DNA from: Candidatus Giovannonibacteria bacterium RIFCSPLOWO2_12_FULL_44_15
GTDB lineage: Bacteria; Patescibacteriota; Minisyncoccia; JACPKW01; UBA11713
Direction of reading: 5' to 3'
Length of the DNA: 40,030 bases
Assembly: GCA_001778905.1 (NCBI GenBank)
Contig: MFIQ01000002.1
Location: forward strand, 1-40,030
In this document: positions 6,896 to 16,537 of the stretch, one piece after another
Numbering within the stretch: position 1 is the first letter of the stretch
Layout: every line of letters starts with the position of its first letter
Program-made: the position numbers and the translations under genes
The notes under the pieces: model-generated
Told to the model about the DNA's origin: nothing
Seen by the model: only the letters and a program-made list of their open reading frames with translations
Databases searched by the model: none

Positions 6896-7987
6896 TTATA
6901 GAGCTCGCAACGCCATCTCCGCGATCTTGTCGCCATGGAGATGCATATGTTTGAGATGACGCTTTCGGTGGTCCTCTTTGTCCATTACCGTAATGTCCAT
7001 TTCGCCACAAGCACATTCCCAGACATGCCGCAAAGTAAAGACTCGCTTGACAACATCCGGGGCATTGCCGATAGAAACCTCCTCCGTCGCGCCGGGCTTG
7101 TTTTTTGCAAGCTCCGCCTTAAATCGCTCGATACCTTTTTTCGAAGCCGCATCGTGCGACTCGAGCTGAGCACGTAGCATGGTGTTTTCTCGGAGCAAAA
7201 CAGTTATTCTCGGATGCTCAACTGTGCGATAAGCCCAAGAGATAGCCCAGAAAATAGTACACGCCACTATCGCGAGACCAAAGAGATAACCTTCGCTGCC
7301 TTCCAACCACGGATATGGCAACTCCGTTTGATAGTCAAGCGGGCGCGCTGCAGCGAGGACTCTATTCCAGATTTCGGCGTTACTTTTAACAGTGTCGCTA
7401 TATACCGCGACTACGCCGTTAACCACATCCCCGAATTCAGATGCGCGGCGCAACGCTTCATCTCTGACGCCCTTCAGACTGCTTATTGTCGCGGCCTGCT
7501 TCTCGAGCTTTGTCGAAGCGTTTTTTAACTTTGCCTGCAACACCCCGTTCTGCGTTTTGAACTCCGCTATTTGCTGGTCTCTGGCCAAAATTTCCTGATC
7601 TTTGGCCTGGACCGCGGCAACGACTTTTGCCTCGTTAGCCGCCACGATCTGCGCAACTGTCAAGTACGGAAAGAATACTGGCTCGCCCACCTGAATTTTC
7701 TTGGTCGCTTCCATGGCCGCGTCACCGGTCAATCCGGTGTGATTTTCGGCGACCATTTTTGTGCACTGCATATGGTCTTTGACTTTCTCAAACGGCAAAT
7801 TCCCGTCGATCTCAATCTGCTTGCAAGTCCCCCAGATGGTATTCCCGCGTTCCATGACGATCATAACGCCCGGGAGCACTCTGTCTTTGTAGGACTCGGG
7901 TTGAATGACTTCCTCCTCGGCTCGGGCGAACCCGAGCGTGATTAAGAAAAAAGCAACCGAAATAATCGAAATTGATGTTTTCTTCAC
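6896..7987 (-). CDS. Hypothetical membrane protein (signal peptide, coiled coil, TM helix, C-terminal Cys/His motif)
   Basis: N-terminal signal; coiled coil around aa 115-185; TM YLFGLAIVACTIFWAISWAY; WECACG...HRKRHLKHMH. Confidence 0.75.
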   Translation of the reverse strand: MKKTSISIISVAFFLITLGFARAEEEVIQPESYKDRVLPGVMIVMERGNTIWGTCKQIEIDGNLPFEKVKDHMQCTKMVAENHTGLTGDAAMEATKKIQVGEPVFFPYLTVAQIVAANEAKVVAAVQAKDQEILARDQQIAEFKTQNGVLQAKLKNASTKLEKQAATISSLKGVRDEALRRASEFGDVVNGVVAVYSDTVKSNAEIWNRVLAAARPLDYQTELPYPWLEGSEGYLFGLAIVACTIFWAISWAYRTVEHPRITVLLRENTMLRAQLESHDAASKKGIERFKAELAKNKPGATEEVSIGNAPDVVKRVFTLRHVWECACGEMDITVMDKEDHRKRHLKHMHLHGDKIAEMALRAL

Positions 7988-8120
7988 GTTTATTTCCCCT
8001 TTCTTCCCTAGTTTTCAAGGGTCAATATCTACCTTTATTTCCTTAATTAATTAGCATATTTAGCCATTTTTGGCAATAGGCCTTTATTTTTAGCCCAAAA
8101 TATAATAATGTAAAAGCTAA

Positions 8121-8193
8121 CCGCCCATAGCTCAGCTGGTAGAGCAGCTCCCTTTTAAGGAGAAGGTCGTAGGTTCGATCCCTACTGGGCGGA
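8121..8193 (+). tRNA. tRNA-Lys(TTT)
   Basis: Acceptor stem CCGCCCA/TGGGCGG, D arm GCTC/GAGC, anticodon loop CTTTTAA, T loop GGTTCGATCC. CCA not encoded. Confidence 0.95.
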
Positions 8194-8446
8194 CATTTTA
8201 GAAAAGCGCAAGCCAGAGGAAGCCGCCTCGCTTCGCTCGGCGGCCATTTCGTATTGGATTTTGGGGGCAAAAACGAATTGGCGGTTTCGTAAAATATGAT
8301 TCGCGCCGATGTTTTCCTCCGGGTTCTTTTACGGTTTTTATCGGTGTGGCTCCGCCGCTTTTCGGATTTTTTGCGGGGGGCTTTCATCGCCCCGAACTTG
8401 TCGAGGGGCAAAAACGGTTCGCACTATTTCAAGAATACTGGACATT
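8182..8446 (-). pseudogene. Possible scar of an element integrated at tRNA-Lys (recombinase C-terminal remnant)
   Basis: GGACATT direct repeat at 8191-8197 and 8440-8446. Startless frame IGANHILRNRQFVFAPKIQYEMAAERSEAASSGLRFSKMSAQ* runs antisense into the tRNA. The resemblance to serine recombinase tails is from recall only. Confidence 0.35.
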
Positions 8447-9496
8447 CTAGATCCCTTCCTTTTTGAGTTCTTCAATTATTTCTTTTGCTTTTTTGGAAAG
8501 ATGTTTCGGAGTTTTGACTGATATGCGGATTATAAGGTCTCCCCTTCTCGCGCCTTCGGCTCCCGGAACTCCGCGACCGCGGATTCGCAAGGATTCTCCG
8601 GAATCTATCCCTGCCGGAATTTTAACTTTAAGTATTCCGTCTAGCGCGTTTATCGTCCGCTCGCTTCCCAAAATAGCCTCTGTAATCGGGATTGCCAAAT
8701 CCATCACGAGATCTTCACCCTCGCGCGTAAACAGTGCGTGTTTCGATACATTAATACGGATATAAAGATCTCCGGCAACTCCCCCAGAAACAACTTCTCC
8801 CGATCCGGATATCTTAATTATCTCTCCGTCTCGTATGCCGGGGGGAACATTTACAACAATTTCTTCTCTTTTATGGACAACTCCCCCTCCTTTGCAAACT
8901 CCGCAAATCTCATCCGGAATTTTTCCGCGCCCGATGCATTTCCTGCATTCAACCACGCGCATGAAAGAACCCAAAAATGATTTCCCGGATTCGCGGACCG
9001 TGCCGGATCCATTACAAGACGTACACGTTTTGGTTTTTGAACCGGGCGCCACCCCGGAACCTTGGCAATTTGAACAATACGCTGCTTTAGTCAAAAGCAC
9101 TTTTCTTTGGACCCCGAAAATTGATTCTTCGAAATTTACGTCAACTTCAATTGAGATATCGCGCCCGCGCTTAACCCTAGTCCCTCGCCCGCCCATATTA
9201 AACAAGTCTTCAAAAATATCCCCGAAATCAAACCCGGACATATCGCCAAAATCAAAACCGGTCGCCCCATGTCCACCTCCGGCCTGATCCGAAAAAACCC
9301 TGCCATAGTGGTCGTATTCTGCGCGCTTTTTTTCGTCAGACAAAACTTGATAAGCTTCGTTGATTTCTTTAAAATCGTTTTCTTTGCCGCCTTTATCGGG
9401 GTGGTGCTTATGCGCCAATTTCCTAAACGCTTTTTTTATCTCGTCCTTGGACGCGTTTCTTTGGACTCCTAAAATCTCGTAATAATCTTTTGGCAT
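8447..9496 (-). CDS. dnaJ: Chaperone DnaJ
   Basis: J domain with HPD, G/F region, four CxxCxGxG repeats. Confidence 0.97.
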   Translation of the reverse strand: MPKDYYEILGVQRNASKDEIKKAFRKLAHKHHPDKGGKENDFKEINEAYQVLSDEKKRAEYDHYGRVFSDQAGGGHGATGFDFGDMSGFDFGDIFEDLFNMGGRGTRVKRGRDISIEVDVNFEESIFGVQRKVLLTKAAYCSNCQGSGVAPGSKTKTCTSCNGSGTVRESGKSFLGSFMRVVECRKCIGRGKIPDEICGVCKGGGVVHKREEIVVNVPPGIRDGEIIKISGSGEVVSGGVAGDLYIRINVSKHALFTREGEDLVMDLAIPITEAILGSERTINALDGILKVKIPAGIDSGESLRIRGRGVPGAEGARRGDLIIRISVKTPKHLSKKAKEIIEELKKEGI

Positions 9497-9499
9497 AAA

Positions 9500-10429
9500 T
9501 TAGTTGAACTCAACATATTCCTGCGGCATTGTTCGAGTAAAAATCTTAACAACCCCCGCGTATAGAAGTATTTTAAACGCAATCCAGCTAATTGCAACAC
9601 TTATCCAACCAAGCATGATAAAAAGCGTTCGGAAGGCTGCAAATACCGCCAACGCGAAAATTGCTGGCAAGTACTTTTTGTACGCTCCGAATCGAGCTTC
9701 GATAATGCCGATGCTCCCTTGATATAAAACATCTCCAATCCGCAAATTGCCTTCAATTTTTTCCGCTCCTAGATTTTTTGCGAGCTCTGCCCTGGCCTGC
9801 GCCAAAATTCCGCTTTTCTCCGCTTGGGACAATTTATCAAAAATGAAGGCATTTTCGCTTCGAATAACGGTGATTAACGCTTCGTCGACGGTTTTTGCCG
9901 GATCCGGAATATCAAATGGTAGGATTTTGCCTGCAAGCGGTATTTTGCCTGCTGCAGTAAGAACTTTCTCAAAAGCAGATTTTGGAATAATATCCTCAAA
10001 CTTTCGGATTCCATCCTCAGGATAGAAAAATCCTGCGAGAGAAAGTGCCATGATAGTTAGAAATGTCGGCAGCCCCTTACGCAATAGCTCGTCTACGGAA
10101 AAAGTCATTCGGGATTTAATTTCTTTTTTTATTCTCCCAGCCGGAATGAAACTTAGTATGGAGGATCCGAACATTATGCCTAACGCCAGATATTTATTTT
10201 CAAGAAAAAGAAGCGTCGGGGCAGCGCTTAAAAATATTGATAGGGCAGAGATGTTGTTGCCGAGAAGAATGAATGAGAGGCCTGTTATTCCAAAAAAGAA
10301 AACCAAGACTGCCGCGGAAAAAGGAGAGATCAACCCGAAAATCGGGTTCGTACCTCCCACGAGATACCAGAAATATCCTCCGCTCGCGATAATTAATCCC
10401 GAGAGTATTATTTTGGGCAAGAGTCTCAT
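9500..10429 (-). CDS. Hypothetical multi-pass membrane protein
   Basis: About 7 hydrophobic segments. Start overlaps the dnaK stop (TAATG). Confidence 0.8.
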   Translation of the reverse strand: MRLLPKIILSGLIIASGGYFWYLVGGTNPIFGLISPFSAAVLVFFFGITGLSFILLGNNISALSIFLSAAPTLLFLENKYLALGIMFGSSILSFIPAGRIKKEIKSRMTFSVDELLRKGLPTFLTIMALSLAGFFYPEDGIRKFEDIIPKSAFEKVLTAAGKIPLAGKILPFDIPDPAKTVDEALITVIRSENAFIFDKLSQAEKSGILAQARAELAKNLGAEKIEGNLRIGDVLYQGSIGIIEARFGAYKKYLPAIFALAVFAAFRTLFIMLGWISVAISWIAFKILLYAGVVKIFTRTMPQEYVEFN

Positions 10430-12348
10430 TAACTCTTATTATCGTCTTTTTTTTCTTCTTTGTTAACGTCTTCGTATTCGGCCTCGCGCTCCTTTTCTGC
10501 GCTGCCCGTAGGATTTGGCCCTTCCTGCGGATTATTTTTGTACAATGCCTCGCCTATTTTGGAGATGGATTTCGAAAGCTCCTCGGTTTTATTCTTTATA
10601 TCCTCCGTATTCTCGCCGTCCTTTACGCCCTTAAGCTCAGCAATCTTCTCCTCAATTTCGCTTTTCGTTTCAGCTGGGACTTTGTCTCCGGCGTCTTTCA
10701 AAGCTTTCTCCGCAGTATACACCAAAGCGTCCGCTTGGTTCTTGATTTCAACCGATTCTCTTCGCTTATGGTCCTCAGTCTTGTGCGCCTCTGCATCCTG
10801 TTTCATTTTTTCGATATCCTCTTTGGAAAGCCCGGTTGAGGCCTCAATTCGAACAGATTGCTCCTTATTTGTCGCTTTGTCCCGCGCCTTCACGTTCAAA
10901 ATCCCGTTGGCGTCGATATCGAAAGAAACTTCAACTTGGGGCATTCCTCTGGACGAAGGCGCTATTCCATCCAGTATGAATCTGCCTAGAGTTTTATTGT
11001 ATTGCGCGATCTCGCGCTCTCCCTGCAAAACATGCACCTCAACCGAAGTTTGGTTATCCGCGGCGGTTGAAAATACCTGGCTTTTGGAAATCGGAATTGT
11101 CATATTCTTTTCGATTATTTTCGTAAAGACCCCTCCCAGGGTTTCGATTCCCAAAGAAAGCGGCGTTACGTCGAGAAGCAAGACATCTTTAATGTCTCCC
11201 TGTAATATTCCGGCCTGCGCTGCCGCTCCGAGCGCAACAACTTCGTCCGGGTTAATAGTGCGGTTCGGTTCCTTTCCGAATAATTTTTTAACCTCTTCCT
11301 GTATCGCGGGCATTCTCGTCTGCCCGCCGACCAAGATAATTTCGTCGATTTCACTCAATTTGAATCCGGCCCCTTTCGGCGAAGCTAAGGTTACGGTGTC
11401 CTTAGTAATATTTATTGATTTAACAATAAGGTCGCGGACAAGGTTTTCTAATTTCGCGCGGGCGAGCTTGATCAGAAAATGCTTGGGCCCAGACGCGTCC
11501 GCGGTGATAAACGGGATATTGATTTCCGTCTCCACCGTTGTCGACAATTCGTGCTTCGCTTTCTCGGCGGCTTCCTTTAAGCGCTGGAGGGCAAGGGCGT
11601 CTTTCGAAAGGTCAATGCCGTCGGATTTCTTGAATTCGCCTGCGAGATAGTTGATTAATATCTGGTCCAGGTCGTCTCCTCCGAGATGGGTATCCCCGCC
11701 AATTGCGCGAACTTCGACAGTATCCGAACTTACCTCCAAAACCGAAACGTCGAAAGTCCCACCCCCAAAATCGTACACAACAATTTTTTCGTCCTTCTTT
11801 TTATTCAATCCGTATGCAAGCGCTGCCGCCGTCGGCTCTGGCAAAATCCTTTTCACTTCGAATCCGGCGATCTCTCCGGCCGCCTTTGTCGCCGCTCTCT
11901 GCGAATCGTCGAAATACGCGGGCACCGTAATTACAGCCGCGTCTATTTTCTCACCTAATTTCGCCTCTGCGTCTCTTTTTAACTTCTGCAGGATCATTGC
12001 GGAGATTTCTTCCGGACGGAGCCATTTATCTCCCATTTTTGCTTCAACTCCTCCGTTTGCGGACGCCTGAATTTTATATGAAAGCCATTTTTTATCCCGC
12101 TCGACTTCCGGATCGGTAAATTTTCTCCCGATGAGCCGCTTTACCGAAAAAACTGTATTCTCGGGGTTTGTAACGGCTTGGCGCTTAGCCAGAAGCCCAG
12201 TTACCCTGTCTCCGGCTTTAGATATCGCGACCATAGACGGCGTTGTCCGAACACCCTCTTCGTTTTCTAGAATCTTCGGCTCCCCGCCCTCAATCACCGC
12301 CATCGCGGAGTTAGTTGTTCCTAAATCTATTCCTAATATTTTTGGCAT
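10429..12348 (-). CDS. dnaK: Chaperone DnaK (Hsp70)
   Basis: [42 protein letters not shown]. Confidence 0.99.
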   Translation of the reverse strand: MPKILGIDLGTTNSAMAVIEGGEPKILENEEGVRTTPSMVAISKAGDRVTGLLAKRQAVTNPENTVFSVKRLIGRKFTDPEVERDKKWLSYKIQASANGGVEAKMGDKWLRPEEISAMILQKLKRDAEAKLGEKIDAAVITVPAYFDDSQRAATKAAGEIAGFEVKRILPEPTAAALAYGLNKKKDEKIVVYDFGGGTFDVSVLEVSSDTVEVRAIGGDTHLGGDDLDQILINYLAGEFKKSDGIDLSKDALALQRLKEAAEKAKHELSTTVETEINIPFITADASGPKHFLIKLARAKLENLVRDLIVKSINITKDTVTLASPKGAGFKLSEIDEIILVGGQTRMPAIQEEVKKLFGKEPNRTINPDEVVALGAAAQAGILQGDIKDVLLLDVTPLSLGIETLGGVFTKIIEKNMTIPISKSQVFSTAADNQTSVEVHVLQGEREIAQYNKTLGRFILDGIAPSSRGMPQVEVSFDIDANGILNVKARDKATNKEQSVRIEASTGLSKEDIEKMKQDAEAHKTEDHKRRESVEIKNQADALVYTAEKALKDAGDKVPAETKSEIEEKIAELKGVKDGENTEDIKNKTEELSKSISKIGEALYKNNPQEGPNPTGSAEKEREAEYEDVNKEEKKDDNKS

Positions 12349-12361
12349 AATTTTATAGCTT

Positions 12362-12877
12362 TTAGCTTTTAATTTTTAATACTCCTACTTTCACTTTGGC
12401 CGGTCTTAGTACTTTCTCGAAGAGAAGCCAGCCTCTCTGCAAATCTTCGACCACTACATTATCTTTTTTCTCGTCATCGACTTCCTCTTTTTCTATCGCT
12501 TCGTGCATTGCCGGATCGAATTTTTTCCCCTCCGCTTCGATTTGCGTCACTACGTGCTGTTTTAAAATATCTTTCGCCTGCGAGTAAATTTGCTTGATCC
12601 CGCCGTCTCCATGCTTCATCGCCATCTCCAAAGAATCAGTTATCTTAAGAAATTCCAGGAGTACCGATGCTTGGGCGAATTTCACGAAAGTTTCCCTCGA
12701 CTTCTCTTCTTCCTTTCTGGCGTTTATAAAATCTGCCTTTGCTCTCTGCCACCCCGCTAAATGCTCGTCTTTCTCTTTTCTACAAGCTTTCAGGTCCTCC
12801 CGCATTTTTTTCAGCTTATCCTTTAGACCCTCCTCCTCGATAACTTCTTCCTCCAATTCTATTTCTTCGTCTGGCAT
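12362..12877 (-). CDS. grpE: Nucleotide exchange factor GrpE
   Basis: [29 protein letters not shown]. Confidence 0.96.
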   Translation of the reverse strand: MPDEEIELEEEVIEEEGLKDKLKKMREDLKACRKEKDEHLAGWQRAKADFINARKEEEKSRETFVKFAQASVLLEFLKITDSLEMAMKHGDGGIKQIYSQAKDILKQHVVTQIEAEGKKFDPAMHEAIEKEEVDDEKKDNVVVEDLQRGWLLFEKVLRPAKVKVGVLKIKS

Positions 12878-12878
12878 A

Positions 12879-13601
12879 TTATCCGTTCATATCTTTAATA
12901 ATAAAATTCAGGAGAGAGGAGACCTTTTCATAATTCATCCGCTTGGGGCCGAGCGAGAAAACTACGCATTCTCCAAATTCGCCGTCCGAAAACTTCATCG
13001 AAACGGAGCCAAACTCTTTGGCATCTTTTAACGAACTCTCCCCACCGATAAAAACCGACGGCCTATCCTCAAAAGATTCCGCCAAAAATTTTTCGGCGAC
13101 GCCTTCAATGTTATCGATCAAACGGGAAAACTCAACTGTGAGGTTCCTGTCGTCAAATTCCGGTTCGGAAAAAACTTTTTCAAGCCCATAGGCTTCAATT
13201 CTGGGCTCGCCTCTGAAACTGGCGATTCCGGTAAAAAGGCCAACTTCGTCCGCAAGCGTTTTTACAAAATTCTCGAATAACATTTCGTGCCTGCTTCTAA
13301 CCTCTTGGACAAGTTCGTCCAGAACCATCCTTTCGTTTCGCGTTGGGTCTTTATGCGACATTAAATTATCAACAAAATACCGATACGCCTTATCGGTTGG
13401 AATCCTGCCCGAAGAAGTATACGGCTGCTCCAAATAGCCCTCCTTGTCCAGCTCGAGCATCGCGTTTCTGATCGTCGCAGGGCTCAATCTAAAAGTCTTA
13501 GATTCAAAAATTCTCCCCGAGGAAACAGAAGAAGCGCTCCGGACATAGTCTCGGATTATAAAATTAAGGATATTTTCCTCCCTAGCCCCCAATCTATTCA
13601 T
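12879..13601 (-). CDS. hrcA: Heat-inducible transcription repressor HrcA (short form)
   Basis: LSPATIRNAMLEL..EGYLEQPYTSSGRIPTDKAYRYFVD and LGPKRMNYEK. Confidence 0.95.
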   Translation of the reverse strand: MNRLGAREENILNFIIRDYVRSASSVSSGRIFESKTFRLSPATIRNAMLELDKEGYLEQPYTSSGRIPTDKAYRYFVDNLMSHKDPTRNERMVLDELVQEVRSRHEMLFENFVKTLADEVGLFTGIASFRGEPRIEAYGLEKVFSEPEFDDRNLTVEFSRLIDNIEGVAEKFLAESFEDRPSVFIGGESSLKDAKEFGSVSMKFSDGEFGECVVFSLGPKRMNYEKVSSLLNFIIKDMNG

Positions 13602-13607
13602 GACCTG

Positions 13608-13646
13608 ATTTTATTCGAATTAGCACTCCCTGTCAAGGACTGCTAA
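13608..13646 (-). promoter_or_regulatory. CIRCE operator overlapping the sigma70 promoter of the hrcA-grpE-dnaK operon
   Basis: TTAGCACTC-N9-GACTGCTAA at 13620-13646 (one mismatch to consensus). On the minus strand TTGACA-N17-TAAAAT, with the -35 inside the CIRCE spacer, ends 6 nt before the hrcA ATG. Confidence 0.9.
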
Positions 13647-13659
13647 TCAGTGGCCAAAA

Positions 13660-13719
13660 CTAGCGTTTCGCCCACTGCGGGGCTTTGCGGGCTTTCTTAA
13701 GGCCGAATTTGCGTCGTTC
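13660..13719 (-). repeat. Displaced duplicate of the rpsI 3' end (att-like)
   Basis: Encodes ERRKFGLKKARKAPQWAKR*, identical in amino acids to rpsI 14328-14387, with 15 of 60 nt synonymous differences. Confidence 0.92.
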
Positions 13720-13931
13720 TAAGTTGAAGCTGAGAGCAATTGCCACTCTCCCTTTCTTTTTACTGCCCGAAAAACATTATTTTTCTTCATTTCGGACGTA
13801 TCCTCATCCAGTATTATTTTTGAATTCCTGGGTAACGCATCCAAAATATCGGGGTGCTTTAAAATATATTCCTGAAATTCCACAGAAAGCTTTAAGTTTT
13901 TTTCCATTTTTTTTAATTCAGATTCAGACAT
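13719..13931 (-). CDS. Small protein, DUF5647-like putative antitoxin
   Basis: KNLKLSVEFQEYILKHPDILDALPRNSKIIL pattern (family recalled, not searched). Directly downstream of an RYDTAH protein. Confidence 0.55.
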   Translation of the reverse strand: MSESELKKMEKNLKLSVEFQEYILKHPDILDALPRNSKIILDEDTSEMKKNNVFRAVKRKGEWQLLSAST

Positions 13932-13942
13932 GATTTAATAGT

Positions 13943-14275
13943 TTAGTTATTAAAAAATCTACTTTTTATTTGTTTGAAATTGCTTCTTAGATCTTTAAGT
14001 GAATAAGTTAACGCTAAATTGTAATCCTTTATTTTAAATTGTGTTATGACTTCTTTGCCGTTCTTATAATATGTGTGCTTATGCGGAAACCTCCATTTTA
14101 TTTTTCCAGTATAGTCGTGAGCTGTATCGTACCTAATTACAGGTTTCCATTCTTTCTTAAGACGGGCTTCAAAATTGACTGAAAACCCTAAAACTACCTT
14201 TTTCTCTCTAGAAAACTTTACATGAATACGGCTTCTTCTCGATAGCTCTATGGTGTAACCTTTTTCTATTTTCAC
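13943..14275 (-). CDS. RYDxAH-motif small protein (DUF7718/TumE-like putative toxin)
   Basis: WKPVIRYDTAH...FPHKHTY; basic 110-aa protein. Family assignment from recall. Confidence 0.55.
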   Translation of the reverse strand: MKIEKGYTIELSRRSRIHVKFSREKKVVLGFSVNFEARLKKEWKPVIRYDTAHDYTGKIKWRFPHKHTYYKNGKEVITQFKIKDYNLALTYSLKDLRSNFKQIKSRFFNN

Positions 14276-14327
14276 TATACTCTATTTTGTTATATATGTG
14301 AATAAGGACGGGAATAGAATGGAAATA

Positions 14328-14828
14328 TTACCTCTTCGCCCACTGAGGAGCCTTCCTTGCCTTCTTTAAGCCGAATTTGCGGCGCTCTTTCATGCGCGGA
14401 TCGCGTTTTAGATATCCAAACGGTTTTAAAACTTTACGGAGTCCGGGCTCGATTTTCTCGAGCGCGCGAGAGATTCCGTGACGGACCGCTTCCGCCTGCG
14501 AGTGTATCCCTCCCCCGTTAACCATGACGCTTATCGAAAACTTTTGGGGGAGATTTGTTTTTTCCAAAGGCAGGTCGATTATATTTTTCAATTCAAATGT
14601 CGGGAAATACGAATCGTATGCTTTCTCGTTTATTGAAATCGAAAACGGGGTATTTTGAAAAATTCTGACGCGCGCGATAGAGGTTTTTCTTCTTCCAACC
14701 GCCTCTATATATTTTCCGCTGACCTCGGGCATGTGCGGACGCGGAACTTCCACCTTCTTTGATTCAGGTTTTTTTACAACTTTCTTTGCAGCTGGTTTTT
14801 TTGCAGCAATTTTCTTCTTTGGCGGCAT
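14328..14828 (-). CDS. rpsI: 30S ribosomal protein S9 with Lys/Ala-rich N-terminal extension
   Basis: AVGRRKTSIARV, GGGIHSQAEAVRHGISRAL, RDPRMKERRKFGLKKARKAPQWAKR. ATG at 14828. Confidence 0.98.
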   Translation of the reverse strand: MPPKKKIAAKKPAAKKVVKKPESKKVEVPRPHMPEVSGKYIEAVGRRKTSIARVRIFQNTPFSISINEKAYDSYFPTFELKNIIDLPLEKTNLPQKFSISVMVNGGGIHSQAEAVRHGISRALEKIEPGLRKVLKPFGYLKRDPRMKERRKFGLKKARKAPQWAKR

Positions 14829-14829
14829 T

Positions 14830-15171
14830 TTATTCAAATTTCAAATTCCTGATAATGTGCTTTCTCGATCGGTTTTTGGGAAGCATCCCCCAGACTGCGC
14901 GCTTGAAAACTTCTCTTGGGCTTTTTGCCCAAAGCTCTTTTAGCCCTATATGCTTCAACCCGCCCGGGTATCCGGAATAGTCGGCGTATACTTTCGTCCT
15001 GAGTTTCGTCGGATGAATATTCAATTCTTTGACGTTTTTAATCGTCAATGTGTGAGACGGCCTGATTCGGGGTTCAAAAGATGGCAAATTTTTTCCGCGA
15101 AGCATAAGTGCGGCCGCCGATGCGGCCCGCCCAAGAGATTTTCCTTTTACGTCTAAAACTGCGTTCTCCAT
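14830..15171 (-). CDS. rplM: 50S ribosomal protein L13 (short form)
   Basis: LGRAAS..A..LRGK, YSGYPGGLK, AVWGMLPKN. Confidence 0.96.
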   Translation of the reverse strand: MENAVLDVKGKSLGRAASAAALMLRGKNLPSFEPRIRPSHTLTIKNVKELNIHPTKLRTKVYADYSGYPGGLKHIGLKELWAKSPREVFKRAVWGMLPKNRSRKHIIRNLKFE

Positions 15172-15176
15172 AAAAT

Positions 15177-15527
15177 TTATACGAATTCGATTAATGCCAT
15201 GGGAGCGCGGTCCGAAGGACGGGTCCCAAGCTTGATTATTCTAGTATATCCTCCTTTGCGGTCAAGATATTTTGGTGCCAAGACGGTCTGCAGTTTTTTG
15301 GCCGAGATATTATCCGGCAATATTGCGAGTATGTCTCTACGCGCGGCAAGTCCGCTATTTTTGGCTTTAGTGACAAGTCGTTCAACTTTCGGCCTGATTT
15401 CTTTCGCCTTCGCCTCGGTCGTTTTTATTTTTTCCTTCAAAATGAGCGCCCTCAATAAAGAGCGCATCAAAGCAACGCGAACTTTCCTGACTCTGCCGAA
15501 TTTTCTTCCTTTCTTCCTGTGCCTCAT
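15177..15527 (-). CDS. rplQ: 50S ribosomal protein L17
   Basis: MRHRKKGRKFGR, IKTTEAKAKE, RKGGYTRIIK. Confidence 0.98.
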   Translation of the reverse strand: MRHRKKGRKFGRVRKVRVALMRSLLRALILKEKIKTTEAKAKEIRPKVERLVTKAKNSGLAARRDILAILPDNISAKKLQTVLAPKYLDRKGGYTRIIKLGTRPSDRAPMALIEFV

Positions 15528-15528
15528 T

Positions 15529-16506
15529 TTATTCTTTAAGCGATTGCCCTATTTTGGAAAGTGCTTCCTCAATTTCTTCGACTGCTTTAGAGCCTATTCC
15601 CTGGAGCGAAAGCAAATCTTCTTTTGATTTTTTAACCAACCCTCCAACCGTCCTGATGCCAGCCCCCGATAAGGCGTTCTGGGTACGGGAAGAAAATTCA
15701 AGATCTTCTATCCGGACTTTAAGCGGATCTTCGTCGTCAAGCGCTTTCCCCGCTTCGGCAGAAGCAATCTCTTCTTGAGAAAGCTCCGCAACTTCGGGAA
15801 CTTCGCTTTTAACCTTCTCTTCGTCAAAAACCAGCGCTTCAAGCTGCTTTACTAAAATCCTGACGGCCTCCTCGATAGCGTGCTTCGGATTAATGGTCCC
15901 GTCGGTTTCGATCAAAATCCTAAGCCGGTTGTAATCTGTCCGATCGCCCACACGCATATTTTCAACCTCATAGTTTACTTTCTTTATCGGCGTAAAAATG
16001 GCGTCTAGGGTCAGCATGCCGACTTCAGCTTTTTCCTTCTCGAGAACTTCCCTCGGGATATATCCCAAGCCGCGCTCGACAGTGGCTTCAATTTCGAACT
16101 TCGCTTCCTTGGAAGTTAAAGTCGCAATGGTTAAATCCTTATTCATGACTTCCACTTGCGTCGGGGTTTCAAAGTCGCCAGCGGTCACTTTTTTAACTCC
16201 TTTGGCGGATATCTTTATAACCTGCGGCTCATCAACATGCATCAATAACCTAACCTGTTTTAAATTGAGGATTAAGGATATTATGTCCTCTTTAACGTCC
16301 GGAATCGTCGAGAATTCATGGGATACCCCGTGAATTTTGACGCGGGTAATAGCAGCCCCCGGCAGAGACGACAGAAGAACGCGACGCAAGCTATTCCCTA
16401 TAGTATGCCCGTAGCCCGGGTGCAGGGAATCAATCTCGTAAACTCCTTTATTTTCTTCCTCGGATACGGTGCGTATGCGGGAAGGTATTGAAATGGTGTA
16501 GCTCAT
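15529..16506 (-). CDS. rpoA: RNA polymerase alpha subunit
   Basis: GYGHTIGNSLRRVLLSSLPGAA, HEFSTI, and an alpha-CTD (IEDLEFSSRTQNAL). Confidence 0.98.
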   Translation of the reverse strand: MSYTISIPSRIRTVSEEENKGVYEIDSLHPGYGHTIGNSLRRVLLSSLPGAAITRVKIHGVSHEFSTIPDVKEDIISLILNLKQVRLLMHVDEPQVIKISAKGVKKVTAGDFETPTQVEVMNKDLTIATLTSKEAKFEIEATVERGLGYIPREVLEKEKAEVGMLTLDAIFTPIKKVNYEVENMRVGDRTDYNRLRILIETDGTINPKHAIEEAVRILVKQLEALVFDEEKVKSEVPEVAELSQEEIASAEAGKALDDEDPLKVRIEDLEFSSRTQNALSGAGIRTVGGLVKKSKEDLLSLQGIGSKAVEEIEEALSKIGQSLKE

Positions 16507-16537
16507 AACTCAATCGTTAAACCATTAATTAATAATT

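Larger units (their letters stand above)
13702..14381. mobile_element. Integrase-less mini-island in the rpsI 3' end carrying a TA-like gene pair
   Basis: Identical 12-bp cores GCCGAATTTGCG at 13702-13713 and 14370-14381 flank two AT-rich ORFs. Confidence 0.75.

Noticed and set aside
8043-8411. 122-aa minus-strand ORF
   Set aside because: Runs antisense through the whole tRNA-Lys and palindromic repeats; low-complexity basic sequence.
10460-12070. Long plus-strand ORFs (396 and 139 aa) opposite dnaK
   Set aside because: Antisense shadows of a conserved gene, a well-known artefact for dnaK; no motifs or start signals.
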